Shown here: piece after piece, positions 51,539 to 64,000 of the stretch
How the letters are laid out: every line of letters starts with the position of its first letter
Position numbering within the stretch: position 1 is the first letter of the stretch
Assembly (NCBI RefSeq): GCF_001194135.2
Contig: NC_068992.1
Span: 2,060,230-2,124,229, forward strand
Reading direction: 5' to 3'
Length of the DNA stretch: 64,000 nucleotides
Source of the DNA: Octopus bimaculoides
Lineage: Eukaryota
The notes under the pieces: model-generated
Database searches by the model: none
What the model saw: the letters and a program-made list of their open reading frames with translations, nothing else
What the model was told of the DNA's origin: nothing
Position numbers and translations under genes: made by a program

Positions 51539-52473
51539 NNNNNNNNNNNNNNNNNNNNNNNNNNNNNNNNNNNNNNNNNNNNNNNNNNNNNNNNNNNNNN
51601 NNNNNNNNNNNNNNNNNNNNNNNNNNNNNNNNNNNNNNNNNNNNNNNNNNNNNNNNNNNNNNNNNNNNNNNNNNNNNNNNNNNNNNNNNNNNNNNNNNNN
51701 NNNNNNNNNNNNNNNNNNNNNNNNNNNNNNNNNNNNNNNNNNNNNNNNNNNNNNNNNNNNNNNNNNNNNNNNNNNNNNNNNNNNNNNNNNNNNNNNNNNN
51801 NNNNNNNNNNNNNNNNNNNNNNNNNNNNNNNNNNNNNNNNNNNNNNNNNNNNNNNNNNNNNNNNNNNNNNNNNNNNNNNNNNNNNNNNNNNNNNNNNNNN
51901 NNNNNNNNNNNNNNNNNNNNNNNNNNNNNNNNNNNNNNNNNNNNNNNNNNNNNNNNNNNNNNNNNNNNNNNNNNNNNNNNNNNNNNNNNNNNNNNNNNNN
52001 NNNNNNNNNNNNNNNNNNNNNNNNNNNNNNNNNNNNNNNNNNNNNNNNNNNNNNNNNNNNNNNNNNNNNNNNNNNNNNNNNNNNNNNNNNNNNNNNNNNN
52101 NNNNNNNNNNNNNNNNNNNNNNNNNNNNNNNNNNNNNNNNNNNNNNNNNNNNNNNNNNNNNNNNNNNNNNNNNNNNNNNNNNNNNNNNNNNNNNNNNNNN
52201 NNNNNNNNNNNNNNNNNNNNNNNNNNNNNNNNNNNNNNNNNNNNNNNNNNNNNNNNNNNNNNNNNNNNNNNNNNNNNNNNNNNNNNNNNNNNNNNNNNNN
52301 NNNNNNNNNNNNNNNNNNNNNNNNNNNNNNNNNNNNNNNNNNNNNNNNNNNNNNNNNNNNNNNNNNNNNNNNNNNNNNNNNNNNNNNNNNNNNNNNNNNN
52401 NNNNNNNNNNNNNNNNNNNNNNNNNNNNNNNNNNNNNNNNNNNNNNNNNNNNNNNNNNNNNNNNNNNNNNNNN
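51539..52473. other. assembly gap (N run) flanked by (TA)n
   Basis: N run with (TA)n on both sides. Confidence 0.99.
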
Positions 52474-52525
<52 letters not shown>

Positions 52526-52646
52526 CACACAAACGTACATGCATACATATATACATACATATTATACATACAAAGTTACAAACATACAAACGTGTATATG
52601 TTGCTGTATACATTTCTAAATGCAAACGTTTGTTTGTGCGAACATG

Positions 52647-52712
<66 letters not shown>

Positions 52713-52750
52713 CGTATGCATATACATATATATATATGCATATATGTATG

Positions 52751-52792
<42 letters not shown>

Positions 52793-53024
52793 TATTCATG
52801 GATGTATGTATGTGTGTCACGATTGATGAGATATATACATATATACATATACACACGTGTGTAGGTGTATATACTTGTGTATGTGTGTGTGCATATGTGT
52901 GTGTGTGTGTAAATGTGTAATTATATGCATATACTTCAATATACGCAAAACCAATTATAACAGTGTCGTATACATTTCGTAATAGATAGAAATGTAACCT
53001 TGCTATGTAGATGAGCGGAAATAA

Positions 53025-53128
<104 letters not shown>

Positions 53129-54340
53129 AAAGGCCTCTCTACCATTAGCCGTCTGCACGATATAATATTAAACCGTGTCCCCTATGAAAGAACTTCAGGA
53201 CAGTATTCTATAACTAATGTATTCAAAAATGATTATTTAAATGTTTAGAACAATCACCGATCATGTCTGATCTATTCACCACTGTCAGGTTTATGCCTTG
53301 CCTTTTCATTGTTTTCAGTCTAGAAAATGTTGTGACTTTAGTTGTGCATACATTAGACACACACTTCAACAAGCACACAGCTTTGTCTACACACACGAAC
53401 CTATAACAAACGTGCGCAACACACACACACACACACATACGCACACACACACATACGCATACACACACATACGCATCTCTATGTTCGGATAATATAACAC
53501 GTAAGGGGGGAGCAAAGTAGATTTTAGTACTTGTTATACGCTTATAGTGGATAACCTGTTATACTCCATCCTAATGTTATATTAGCTTTGTATTAATCTC
53601 ATGTAAGGAGGAGTTCCATACTATATTATGCAGTGTTTTCTTCCTGTACTTCTCAGGAAGATAAAATTGTAACAAGAAGAAAGATATGGCTGCTATTTCC
53701 AGAGAATACATCAGCCACATAGAAGCTATCTCTTTTACTCTCTCAATTTTCTGTTCAATCATGTGAAGAAAATGCATATAATTCTGCCTTGCTTTAAATT
53801 TCTTTCGAGAAGAAAATAAATCAGGTCATTTTTGAATTGTTAGAATAGGCTGTTGTGAGTTTCCCAAACCAGTTTACCAAAATTTATTTATGCATTAGAA
53901 TCACTGTACGTCGTGTTTAGTGGAACATTCCTAAGAGTTTATCGCGATCAGTTCTCAGTTGCTTCTAAGTGTTACACGAAGATTGCCTTTCAGCGATTAT
54001 CAGGTATTAGATGGTATCGAATGTTGTTTGTTGCCATGGTGATGCCACTCCCAACTTCCATAAATTCTGGAAACTAGGAGATGAAACCTCCAATAAAAAT
54101 TATTCCTTTAGTGTGTCTCAGTATCATTGTCAGCTTTGGATAAATATGTGCCAACAAATATTATTAGCAATCTTAAAATACGTTAAATTTAAAGCGACAA
54201 TTTGATATATGAATATTGCAATACTATCCGGTCCGTACGCCAATGTGTTTGAGTGTGTATATATGTGTGTATATATGTGTGTATATAAGGTTATGTAGGA
54301 ACACAGCCTGGAATTTATATTATCGACTCCTAAAGTATAT

Positions 54341-54430
54341 TAGGCAAAGTCGATCTTGCCGGTATTTGAACTCAGAACGTAGAGCCAGAGTAAATCTTGC
54401 TGAGCATTTTTCAGATTGCAAAGGATTCGA
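54341..54430 (-). mobile_element. SINE family A head fragment
   Basis: aggcaaagtcgatcttgccggtatttgaactcagaacgtag. Confidence 0.75.
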
Positions 54431-54463
54431 TACCTTTATCATAACAACACCATCAACAACAAC

Positions 54464-54494
<31 letters not shown>

Positions 54495-54718
54495 TGCTTT
54501 GTTCAACATCCTTGAACAATCCTTATTCAAGGACCATTAGAGTGGGATGGGCTACTCGACCTGAAGAAAATTCTAACTGGGCCCCACCTGCAAGGTCATG
54601 CGCTGTTTATCTTGATATGAGATCACCATGTCGCGCACATTTGGTTGTGATGGGGATACTGGGCTTCGTATATTTTACCCCAGTGACACTTTGATGGCAT
54701 GCACTGCTATCTCACTCA
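54495..54718 (+). mobile_element. unclassified retroposon family D, 5'-truncated, within (AAT)n
   Basis: Aligns with the reverse complement of the left part of 62410-62959 (gggatgggctactcgacctga...gatcaccatgtcgcgcacat...ctcactca). Confidence 0.85.
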
Positions 54719-54744
54719 ATAACAATAATAATGATGATTTCAAT

Positions 54745-54880
54745 TTATTGCTACAAAGCAACTTTGGGAAGGGGATCAAGCCGATTACATCGACCCCAGT
54801 GCGTAACTGGTACTTAATTAATCGATTCCAAAAATATGAAAGACAGCGTGGAATTTGAACTCAGAACGTAGCGATGACGT
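54745..54880 (-). mobile_element. SINE family A, diverged
   Basis: gattacatcgaccccagtgcgtaactggtacttaatt...ggaatttgaactcagaacgtag. Confidence 0.8.
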
Positions 54881-56265
54881 GACTGATATTTTACTTACCG
54901 CCTCCGAAAGCATGAAAAGTTGAAGCGGATAACAGTGGGATTTGAACCAAAATTCGCTGCGTACCGCAACGAATACAACAAAGAAAATTTGGCAACGCAT
55001 TTATTATTATGTTTAGCAACTATTAACAAATCGTCACCAATTTTCTCAAAGCTAGTTAAACAATTAATGAACGTTTCACCTTTACATATCTACAACTGGT
55101 AAATAGCTTTGAGAAGTGTTAACTAAACAGTAAATTGCGCTTTATGGAGACTCCTTTCCCGAGATAGCAGCTGCTTGCTATACTTCACCTAATAGGTAAG
55201 GTAAATATCAGATCTGAATATATGACATCTTGAAATATATCTAATTTACATGAAATAAATGTATGTGTTAGCAAATCCCACTTTCTAATAAAAAAAATTA
55301 TATGGCAATAATGTAATATTTCATCTTCGCAGCTGGTTTCCGAGACGATGAGAAATGAAGAGTATTAGAGGCGTAGGAACGCGGCGGCCTGGTGGCGACG
55401 GTTAATGTCACATGACATGTAAATTACCCAACAGAAATTCTAAATGTCAAGAGGCAAAACAAGAAGAGATAATCAGTAAAAGGTAGAAACGTTAGGGCAG
55501 CGGCATTAATCATGAGAGTTTCGTTTGCTGGCGGCAATATTGAGCAGAAAGTTTTCTGTCGATCGCTTCAGGCTGATTTTGTGTCGTCTCTTTTCGTATT
55601 TGCATGTATGTTTGCAAGTATGGATTTATGCATGTATGTGTATATATATATGCATGTGTATATATATATGCATGCATATATACATAGGCATTATATGTAT
55701 ATATATATATATATATATGGAGAATGCGATGTGTAAATTGTCGCTATTTTATACTTTATTTTGCGCATGCGCTGTTATTTTTTAATTTTTGTCGACTACA
55801 CTGTATAGTAGGGTCAGTCGGGCACCATCTGTGAGAATAACAGAGACATGACGCTATTCAGTCTGCCAGAAATTGGGAAAAAAACATGCTATACTGCTTG
55901 GCATTCACTCCGGAAGCTCCAACATGAGCATTTCAGTGTCTGGGTGTCAGCCTGAGGACAGTGCAATGTTAGGACATGTACTGAAAAAAAAAATGTGTGC
56001 GTATGTGTGTGCGTTTCTAAATGTCGAACAACGGAATGAGTGCTCAAAACCGCTCAGGTGGATGAAATTCCTTTATTTGTGTTTTAAGTCTACCATTGGT
56101 TTCAAAAAAGTCTTAATATCTTAACTTTTCAACCTGATCACAAGGAGGAATGATGCCGTCTCCATTTCGAATGAAAACGCAAAACGTCTCCAAAATCTAG
56201 ACGAAGCCCATTCTTCTACGTGGCCGGCTTGAACATATGAAACTAATCATAGATTTAATACTCAA

Positions 56266-56414
<149 letters not shown>

Positions 56415-57241
56415 TATAGGATGGCAGACAGAATTGGCGAGACAGATGTAATCGAATGCTTTGGTTTCAACTGGATAACAATTTTTCACTTGTGATTTTC
56501 TCCCTTCTGTGTTCGGTAAAATACATAGGATACAAAAGAGTTGGTATTATCAACTTCACTGAATTGATAGGTTATTTTTGAGCACGGCCTTCCCGAAGAG
56601 CGTGAAACCGCTAAAATAATACACAACAACAGAAGATCTCAAGCAATGGGAATTCACATCAGTAGCAGAATGCAATATTTACCTTCTCTTATACTGGCTA
56701 ATCTTAGAATGTTCATTAAACTTTGTCTAAGTAAGCGGAAACTAGATTCAAATGAACACAGCGCATATTTTCTAATCGCTAATGGTGCCAGCAAGTCTAC
56801 TGTGACAGAGAATGTTTGGTTTTAATTTTCTTTGCCTTAATCACTTCCTAGTTATGCTTTGGAGATTGTCTCATGCGATCTTTAAAATCGATTGTAATAT
56901 TGGTGATTATGACAACAATTTACGCACGCACACACATACACTCGCGCGCACATACCTATATTCATATACAGACTTATGTGCACGCATACGCACACGTTAG
57001 CAGCAACCTATTACATACACCGTTGTTCATATACGAAATTTAATGCATACACCCACTCATGAACAGGATTCATCTACATACCACCCAGACGCATCGTTAA
57101 TATACACTCCCGCATATATACACACGCGAACACATATGTGCACACACACACACACACACACATACATATATATGTATATATATATATATGTGTGCGTGTA
57201 TATATATATAGATAGATACATATACATATATAGGTACATGG

Positions 57242-57298
<57 letters not shown>

Positions 57299-57641
57299 NN
57301 NNNNNNNNNNNNNNNNNNNNNNNNNNNNNNNNNNNNNNNNNNNNNNNNNNNNNNNNNNNNNNNNNNNNNNNNNNNNNNNNNNNNNNNNNNNNNNNNNNNN
57401 NNNNNNNNNNNNNNNNNNNNNNNNNNNNNNNNNNNNNNNNNNNNNNNNNNNNNNNNNNNNNNNNNNNNNNNNNNNNNNNNNNNNNNNNNNNNNNNNNNNN
57501 NNNNNNNNNNNNNNNNNNNNNNNNNNNNNNNNNNNNNNNNNNNNNNNNNNNNNNNNNNNNNNNNNNNNNNNNNNNNNNNNNNNNNNNNNNNNNNNNNNNN
57601 NNNNNNNNNNNNNNNNNNNNNNNNNNNNNNNNNNNNNNNNN
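57299..57641. other. assembly gap (N run)
   Basis: N run after (TA)n. Confidence 0.99.
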
Positions 57642-57890
57642 TATGTGTGTGTGTATATATATGTATGTGTGTGTGTATATATATGTATGTGTGTGTGTAT
57701 ATATATGTATGTGTGTGTGTATATATATGTATGTGTGTGTGTATATATATGTATGTGTGTGTGTATATATATATAATGTGTGTGTGTGTGTATATATATA
57801 TAATATGTGTGTGTGTGTATATATATATGTGTGTGTGTGTATATATATGTGTGTGTGTATATACATATGTATGTGTGTGTGTGTGTGTTG
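57642..57890. repeat. microsatellite-derived minisatellite of about 22 bp (tatgtgtgtgtgtatatatatg)n
   Basis: Several near-perfect 22-bp units that degrade rightwards. Confidence 0.85.
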
Positions 57891-58189
57891 TGTAATACTA
57901 CGGTTATTGCCGCTGAGAGCATTGTGATGATCTACACAACAATATCGGTAAACACACGGTCGCACACGCGCGAACATACACACACACACATACATACACT
58001 TTGTACAGTGCTTTCATAAATCAGACAAAAACTGCAATAAATAAAGGGTCACTCATATACGAGATAACAGATTGAGTGTCATATATATAGCTTACAATTT
58101 TAGTCTCATAGCAGCCAATTCATGTGACCAAACGGTTTCATGTTAGAGAACCTCCCAAATATAGAACATTAATTTTACGACCCTCAGAC

Positions 58190-58440
58190 AGTTGTTGTTG
58201 TTGTTGGTGGTGGTGGTGATTGTGGTGGAGTGTGGGGCTGGCGGTGGCGGCGGCGGTGGCAACAGCAACATTAGTAGTAGTAGTAGTAGTAGAAGTAGTT
58301 GTTGTTGTAGTAGCAGTAACAGCAGCTTCAGCAGCCTCAGCAGCAGTGACTGCAATTGGAAACTGAATGGCTGTGGTTGTTGCGGTGATAGTAGACAAAG
58401 TGGTGACATTTGTGGTTTATCATTGTTGTAGTTGTCTTAT
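58190..58440. repeat. mixed trinucleotide low-complexity tract (GTT/GGT/AGT/AGC)
   Basis: Direct reading. Confidence 0.9.
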
Positions 58441-59872
58441 TGAACAGCTGTATAATCAAAGGCGGTCCACACATGACCATCTCGTCTCTCCAGAAGAATC
58501 TTAGGACTCCAATCATCTATACATCCCTCCGATTTTACTTTACAATGTCGGCTGAGATGCGAGGGTGGTGTAGCTACAGTTTCTTGCAAGCTAATCATGA
58601 AATTTCTTTCCTGCTACGCGGTTGTCGCTTACCTCCTGACCAATGCCAACGGGGAATGGTATGACATTATAAAAATGAAAAGTTTACATCCTCAAAAACG
58701 AAGGATGATATAAAATAACTTGTTGGGTAGAGAGAATGACCATCCATTCCTTTTTAAACATAATGTAGTCAAAACTACAGTGTCCAATGTGTTCTTCTGT
58801 TTTTATTAAATAGTAGTGTGAACTCCGGCAGTGTGTTTGCTATTATTTTTAGCAGATCGAGTGATCTCGTAAATGGTTCCTTCATTATCTATTTAATGTT
58901 GATTGTGTTTGAATTGCGATGGTGGCGGAGATGGAGGTAGATGGTGTGTTTAAGTGCATAAGCAAATTTTGTTTCGATCGCTGTGACTGATAGATGGGAA
59001 GAGAGCAGTAAACATAGATTTGAATAGGCCATGGTCTATGTTATATCCTAACGAGAAGTAAACAAATTGGAAGACAAAGGAAATGGCGCCGAAAAACGAA
59101 GACAAAGAAATGAAGAAAAGAGGGGAAGCCATTCACATTAGAAAAAACAACAACAACATCATAATAGTGAATATTTTGTTAATTAGCATATCTAATCTAA
59201 TTTGACCAATGAATTAGCTGAACCACAACGTAATATGATAGCTGCCACCATCTTCTGCTAATCTTACCAATTGATGTAGCAATGGTGATCTTGTATTTTC
59301 GTTGCTTCCACCATATCTACTGCTATCAGTGTTGTTGTTGCTGTTGTTGTTGTTGTTGCTGCTGCTGTAAGCTATTAAGTTGATCCTACAGCACCCTATT
59401 AATTCAGCTCATTAAATCCAACGTAATTTATTAACGTCAACATTTATGAGAGAGTTAAATAATTTTGTGATGTAGTTTAATCATTTTACGCATATTTCCC
59501 TAAGTCTCCACGTGGACAAGGCATGAAATTCATACATTCTAAGTTAATTTCTGTAATAACCCCACCACCAGAGCCATCACCACCACTACCGAACCACATG
59601 GCTCAGTGATATAAAGGATTTTTCTTACATAAAAAAAAAAATTAATTTATCTTATAGAGAAATGTAATTTACTGTTTTCAAAATGTAATTTCATTTTTAT
59701 CTAAATAAGTTCTACTTCTAAAATGCTTTTTTGTTTCCTTTAATGCCTTAGATTAGGGCGACAAGAGATAAAATAGAAGTTCACTATATTTTGATAAACA
59801 TGTAAATTATATTTTGTAAACGTTTGGCAAGAAAATGAGGTTGGGGAGAACTGCATTCAATATTTATCAATA

Positions 59873-60235
59873 ATATTCCGCCGAAGTCGACTTTGCATTT
59901 CATCTTTTCGGAATCTATAAAATACGTACCAATTGAACTTTGGGATTGATGTAGTCAACTTATCTCGAATTTGCTGGCCTTGTGCTAAAATTTGAAATCG
60001 ATATTTACTTGCAAGAATATGGTGAGCTGGAAGAACCGTTGACACCCCGGGCAAAATGCTTAGCAGCTTTTCCTCCGCGCTTACGTTCTGAGTTTAAATT
60101 CCGCCGCGGTCGACTTTATCTTTTATCCTTTAGGGGTTAATTAAATAAGTTCCGGCTGAACACTGGGATCGATGTAATCGATTTACCTCCTTCGTAAAAA
60201 TTGCAAGCCTTGTGCCAAAATGTGAAACCAATATT
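59873..60235 (+). mobile_element. two tandem SINE family A copies
   Basis: ttccgccgaagtcgactttgcatttcatc and ttccgccgcggtcgactttatcttttatcc units, each ending gccttgtgc.aaaat.tgaaa. Confidence 0.85.
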
Positions 60236-60579
60236 TACCTACAAAGATGAAAGTAACAATCCTTTTGGGGTGAAAGTAAACTAAAATCTGAAATGGAAGA
60301 TCACGCGGAAAGTGTGTATTTCCCAAATAATCAACTTCAAAAAGGAAATGCATTCGTACATGGGAATTACATAATACATATGTATTACTTAATATGCATG
60401 CGTACATAAAGAAACGAATCTACCCATACATGTGCGTACACATAAATTTGTATGTATAAATAAAGAAAATTTGGATAATTATACTGCTGAACAGCCGCAA
60501 CGCATAGAGAAGGAAGTAAGGAGAGAAGAACTAAAATTCATTCTAAATATTAGAGATTTAAAAAAGAATCTTTTATTGA

Positions 60580-61176
60580 TAAAAATCTGGGACCGCAATG
60601 GGGATGAAACCAGCCGCGTCCTTTGTATATTTGATTACGGTAAATTGGATGACGATTGCTTCATTTTATGAAACGAAGTCACAGAGAAACAAAATTAATT
60701 CTAAACACTACTGAATAGAATTTGCGAGCATGTTTTATTTCGCCATGGAATACAATCAAGACTACAATTTATTTCTTTTTACATGCTAAGGAATTCATCA
60801 ACCTAACTGAGACTAGTATGTGTTATATACCTAAGCCTCAGAAGACTATCTACTTTTTAATACGTTCTATTCGAAATACATCCCTTATAACGTTGCCAAA
60901 TAGGTCTGCGCAATTCTATCCGATGAAAACATCCGTAACATACAACTTCAAGAACTTAAGGAATTATCCACCATTATTAATCGATAACAGAATACAAAGA
61001 ACCAAGAAAATATATATACAGGCCCTAAGACAAATGAAACAATGAAATATATAAGAATTGAATGATGTACCTGGAATCTTAAAAACAACGAGGTCTACAA
61101 CATATTTCAAGGCGTGCCAACACAGAAAAAAGACTCCATGGCGAAGCAAATTATTCAAATACATGACACAATAAAA

Positions 61177-61218
<42 letters not shown>

Positions 61219-61655
61219 AGGCAAAACCAAAGAAAAAATACTAACGAAGGCCAAATACCACACAATGACAACAGAGCCAACAGTAAATAAAAGGCATCTG
61301 CTAAAATCTGTCAGAAAGATAAGAGAAACATTTAAAAAGTGGCAACACTTCAAAATAGAAATAACTTTGTCTGTGCAGCTGAAAACCTGATTTATGCAGT
61401 AACATGCTTAGGATGTGAAGGAAGTATATAGGGCAGACTGGTATGTGCTTAAGGCAACGCGTGACTCTGCATAGATTACATATTCGAATACTAGAGTACA
61501 GACGAATAGGACTCAGTGAATATATAGACAAACGGACGGCAGAAAAATAACCAAATTCTGCGATCTTCCCTTTATATTGATTTGCCGATGGCACATTGTA
61601 ACAGCAACGCATCAGCAAAGAAACTTCTTACATACCAGAATACTGACCAATACTC
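60580..61655 (+). pseudogene. decayed Penelope-like retroelement ORF (RT, linker, GIY-YIG endonuclease)
   Basis: Motifs in the expected order: GTAMGMKPAASF (60589), LDDDCFI (60645), IPYNVAK*VCAILSDENIRNIQLQELK, NYPPLLIDNRIQR, TIKSKKQAKPKKILTKAKY, NFVCAAENLIYAVTCLGC / YIGQTGMCLRQRVTLHR (61360-61475), FPLY...KE..YI; multiple frameshifts and deletions. Confidence 0.9.
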
Positions 61656-62409
61656 TTTCTTTCTCTCCCTCTCTCACAATCTCTCTCTCTCTCTCTCTCT
61701 CATTTTTCTTCCATGTTCTTCCTGTGGTTTTACATGGCCTTGCACCAGTTGCAATAGCTAATCATTTCTCTCCATAACTCCACCAAATAGACAAATCTAA
61801 TAATTCTTCTAATAATACTAAACATATTTACTCCTATGAGGACACTGATTAGCTTAACTCGATGCAAAATATTCAATGCCATAATTTTCAGCGATGAACA
61901 TAACTTCTCAGACAAAATTTATGATGTAGATTTTTATAGACTACTTAATCAGAAACTAATTAATAGGCTTAATTAAGAATGATTATAATAAAACCTTTAT
62001 CAAAAGTACTACACTTCTGTTCAAAGACATACGAAGACCTTCTAAAACTGACATCAAACTAAAAATAGCCAATACAAACCAGAGAAAACATGTTATAAAA
62101 CCAAATTCAGACTGAAACTCAAAAAGATGAAAGAATTACAGAGACGCCATCAATTCGTTCACATCAGGCATCAATAACTATGGTCAATCAGTATTTGTTG
62201 TTGTTGTTGTCATTATTATTATCATCATCATCATCATCAATATTATTATTGTTAAGTTATCATTATTATTATTATTATTATTATTATTAATATTATCATC
62301 ATCATCAGCAGCAGCAGCAACGTCATCATCATTATTATTATTGTTAAGTTGGTATTATTATTATTATTATCATTATTATCATTATTATCATTATTATCAT
62401 TATTATTAC

Positions 62410-62959
62410 TGAGTGAGAGAGCAGTCCTTGCCATCAAAGTGACACTGGAGTAGAATATACGAAGCCCTGCATACCCATCATGACTACCCGCCTGACTACC
62501 AGGCACATGCATCACAGCCATATGTGCGCGACATGGTGATCTCATATCAAGATAAACAGCGCATGACCTCGCAAGTGGGCCCAGTTAGAATTTTTTTCAG
62601 GTCGAGTAGCCCATCCCGATCAAAAGGTCCCTGAATAAGGTTTGTTTAAGGATGTTGAGCAAAACACCCATGTTTCCAAAGGTGAATTATTCAAACCACA
62701 AAGAATTCCTCTCAACACATGGCTATGATGCTCCCCCACTACTTCTGCTCATGATCTGAGATGCACATATCATCAGCCACCAAGGGACATGCTCAACTGG
62801 TTAAGGTCAGACAACTGACAAGCAAATCTGTGGTATTGAGCAGAATATTTGCTGTAGCCCATCTCTTATACCAAGACAAAACAATATACATGATAACAGT
62901 TCCAATCAATTAAGATCAGAAGCCATGAGAGTCACTGCCTGGTACTGCATCCGGGCATT
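62410..62959 (-). mobile_element. unclassified retroposon family D, about 550 bp, within (ATT/ATC)n
   Basis: Reverse complement runs from aatgcccggatgcagtaccagg to ctctctcactcagtaataataat; trinucleotide microsatellite on both sides; 3' part shared with 54495-54718. Confidence 0.8.
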
Positions 62960-62967
62960 TATTATTA

Positions 62968-63016
<49 letters not shown>

Positions 63017-63824
63017 TTTTTATTACTGTAGACGTAATAAAATGTAAAACCACATTTACTTTAAGATGTTTAAATCAGAGAACATACGCAGGATAAATCA
63101 CACGCGATCAGTAATCTGGTTGTAGCATGACAAGACACAAAATAGATTAGTCACATATTTGAAAAGAAAAATTCAATAAATTTAAATTCAGTAAATTGAA
63201 ATATGCTCCAGCACTACACGAAAAAATAAATTAGATTAAATGACACTTGATAGTTCGGCCATTTTTTAAAAATTGTTAAAATATATTGGAAAGGATAGGA
63301 GAAAGGTGTTTCACTCATCGAAACTGTTAATATATTCATTTTTGGCTGAATGTGCTAAAAACAAAAATGAAATCGCCAAATAACCGCTCAAATATATCTT
63401 GCACTGCATATTTTGTTATAAATTTTTTGAAAGGTTGGTTGTTAGTGAGTAACACCTCATTGAAGTAATTTTTTCTTAAATATCATTAGGAGAGGAATAA
63501 GATCGAAGAGATGTGGGCTTCCAAAGCTGATGAAAAATATTTCGCTGCATTAATCTAGAACGAATTTTCAAAAACCAATTACAATGTCAATTTAATTATT
63601 CGTATTTTTCAAATAGTTTGCCAGTTATGAGGTTCAATAACCAAATAGAGTTATATGAGTACAGGCTATATAAGTCCACAGCTCTTCGATCTGTGACTAG
63701 TCTAACATGGGGCAATGTACGAAATTCTCGGCTTTGGAGGCACTCTATTGCTTCTGCTAAACATTCATAAAATTATAGATATACTCATATTTTGAGTTTT
63801 ATTTGTTCTCTTTGCATCATGTGC

Positions 63825-63874
<50 letters not shown>

Positions 63875-64000
63875 TATATATATATATAATGTATGTGTAA
63901 AGACGTTGAATTAAATTTCGTCCTTTAATTTGGAGGAATCGAGAAAAAAGATTTCTAATATAGATTCTTCATATTTTGCTGGTAGCTTACTGGTGTAAGT

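Noticed and set aside
53657-53777. Strong-looking splice acceptor followed by a short open frame
   Set aside because: It overlaps an inverted family E repeat (ctggaaatagcagcc) and has no donor site.
61170-61217. AATAAA followed by A38, suggesting a retrocopy poly(A) tail
   Set aside because: The PLE linker reads through it (TIKS-KK-QAKPKKILTKAK), so it is a slippage expansion of Lys codons.

Overview
AT-rich, microsatellite-saturated eukaryotic DNA from a gapped short-read assembly (about 6 kb of N, most gaps abutting (TA)n). The SINE repertoire looks like that of octopod cephalopods, probably Octopus; this is from recall, not a database search. No host protein-coding gene can be supported, and the supplied ORFs are almost all translated microsatellites or gaps. 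Recognisable content: at least three tRNA-derived SINE groups (labelled A, B, C/C' here), two unclassified repeat families (D, E), hAT-, pogo- and mariner-type MITEs, a decayed mariner transposase, 3' ends of two LINEs (CR1/L2-like and R4/Dong-like), and a decayed Penelope-like element (RT plus GIY-YIG) at about 60.6-61.65 kb. The most interesting signal is a set of short (about 110-190 bp) elements, usually embedded in (TA)n, that carry minimal type I hammerhead ribozyme folds of the Penelope type. One has a canonical CUGAUGA core (34.3 kb). The others have non-canonical cores: CUGUYGA in two copies (24.2 and 37.3 kb, plus a 5'-truncated near-identical copy at 41.8 kb) and CCGAAGA (13.1 kb). 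A mariner-derived foldback MITE at 46.2-46.6 kb records how it was formed. All alignments and folds were done by eye; boundaries of diverged repeats are approximate.
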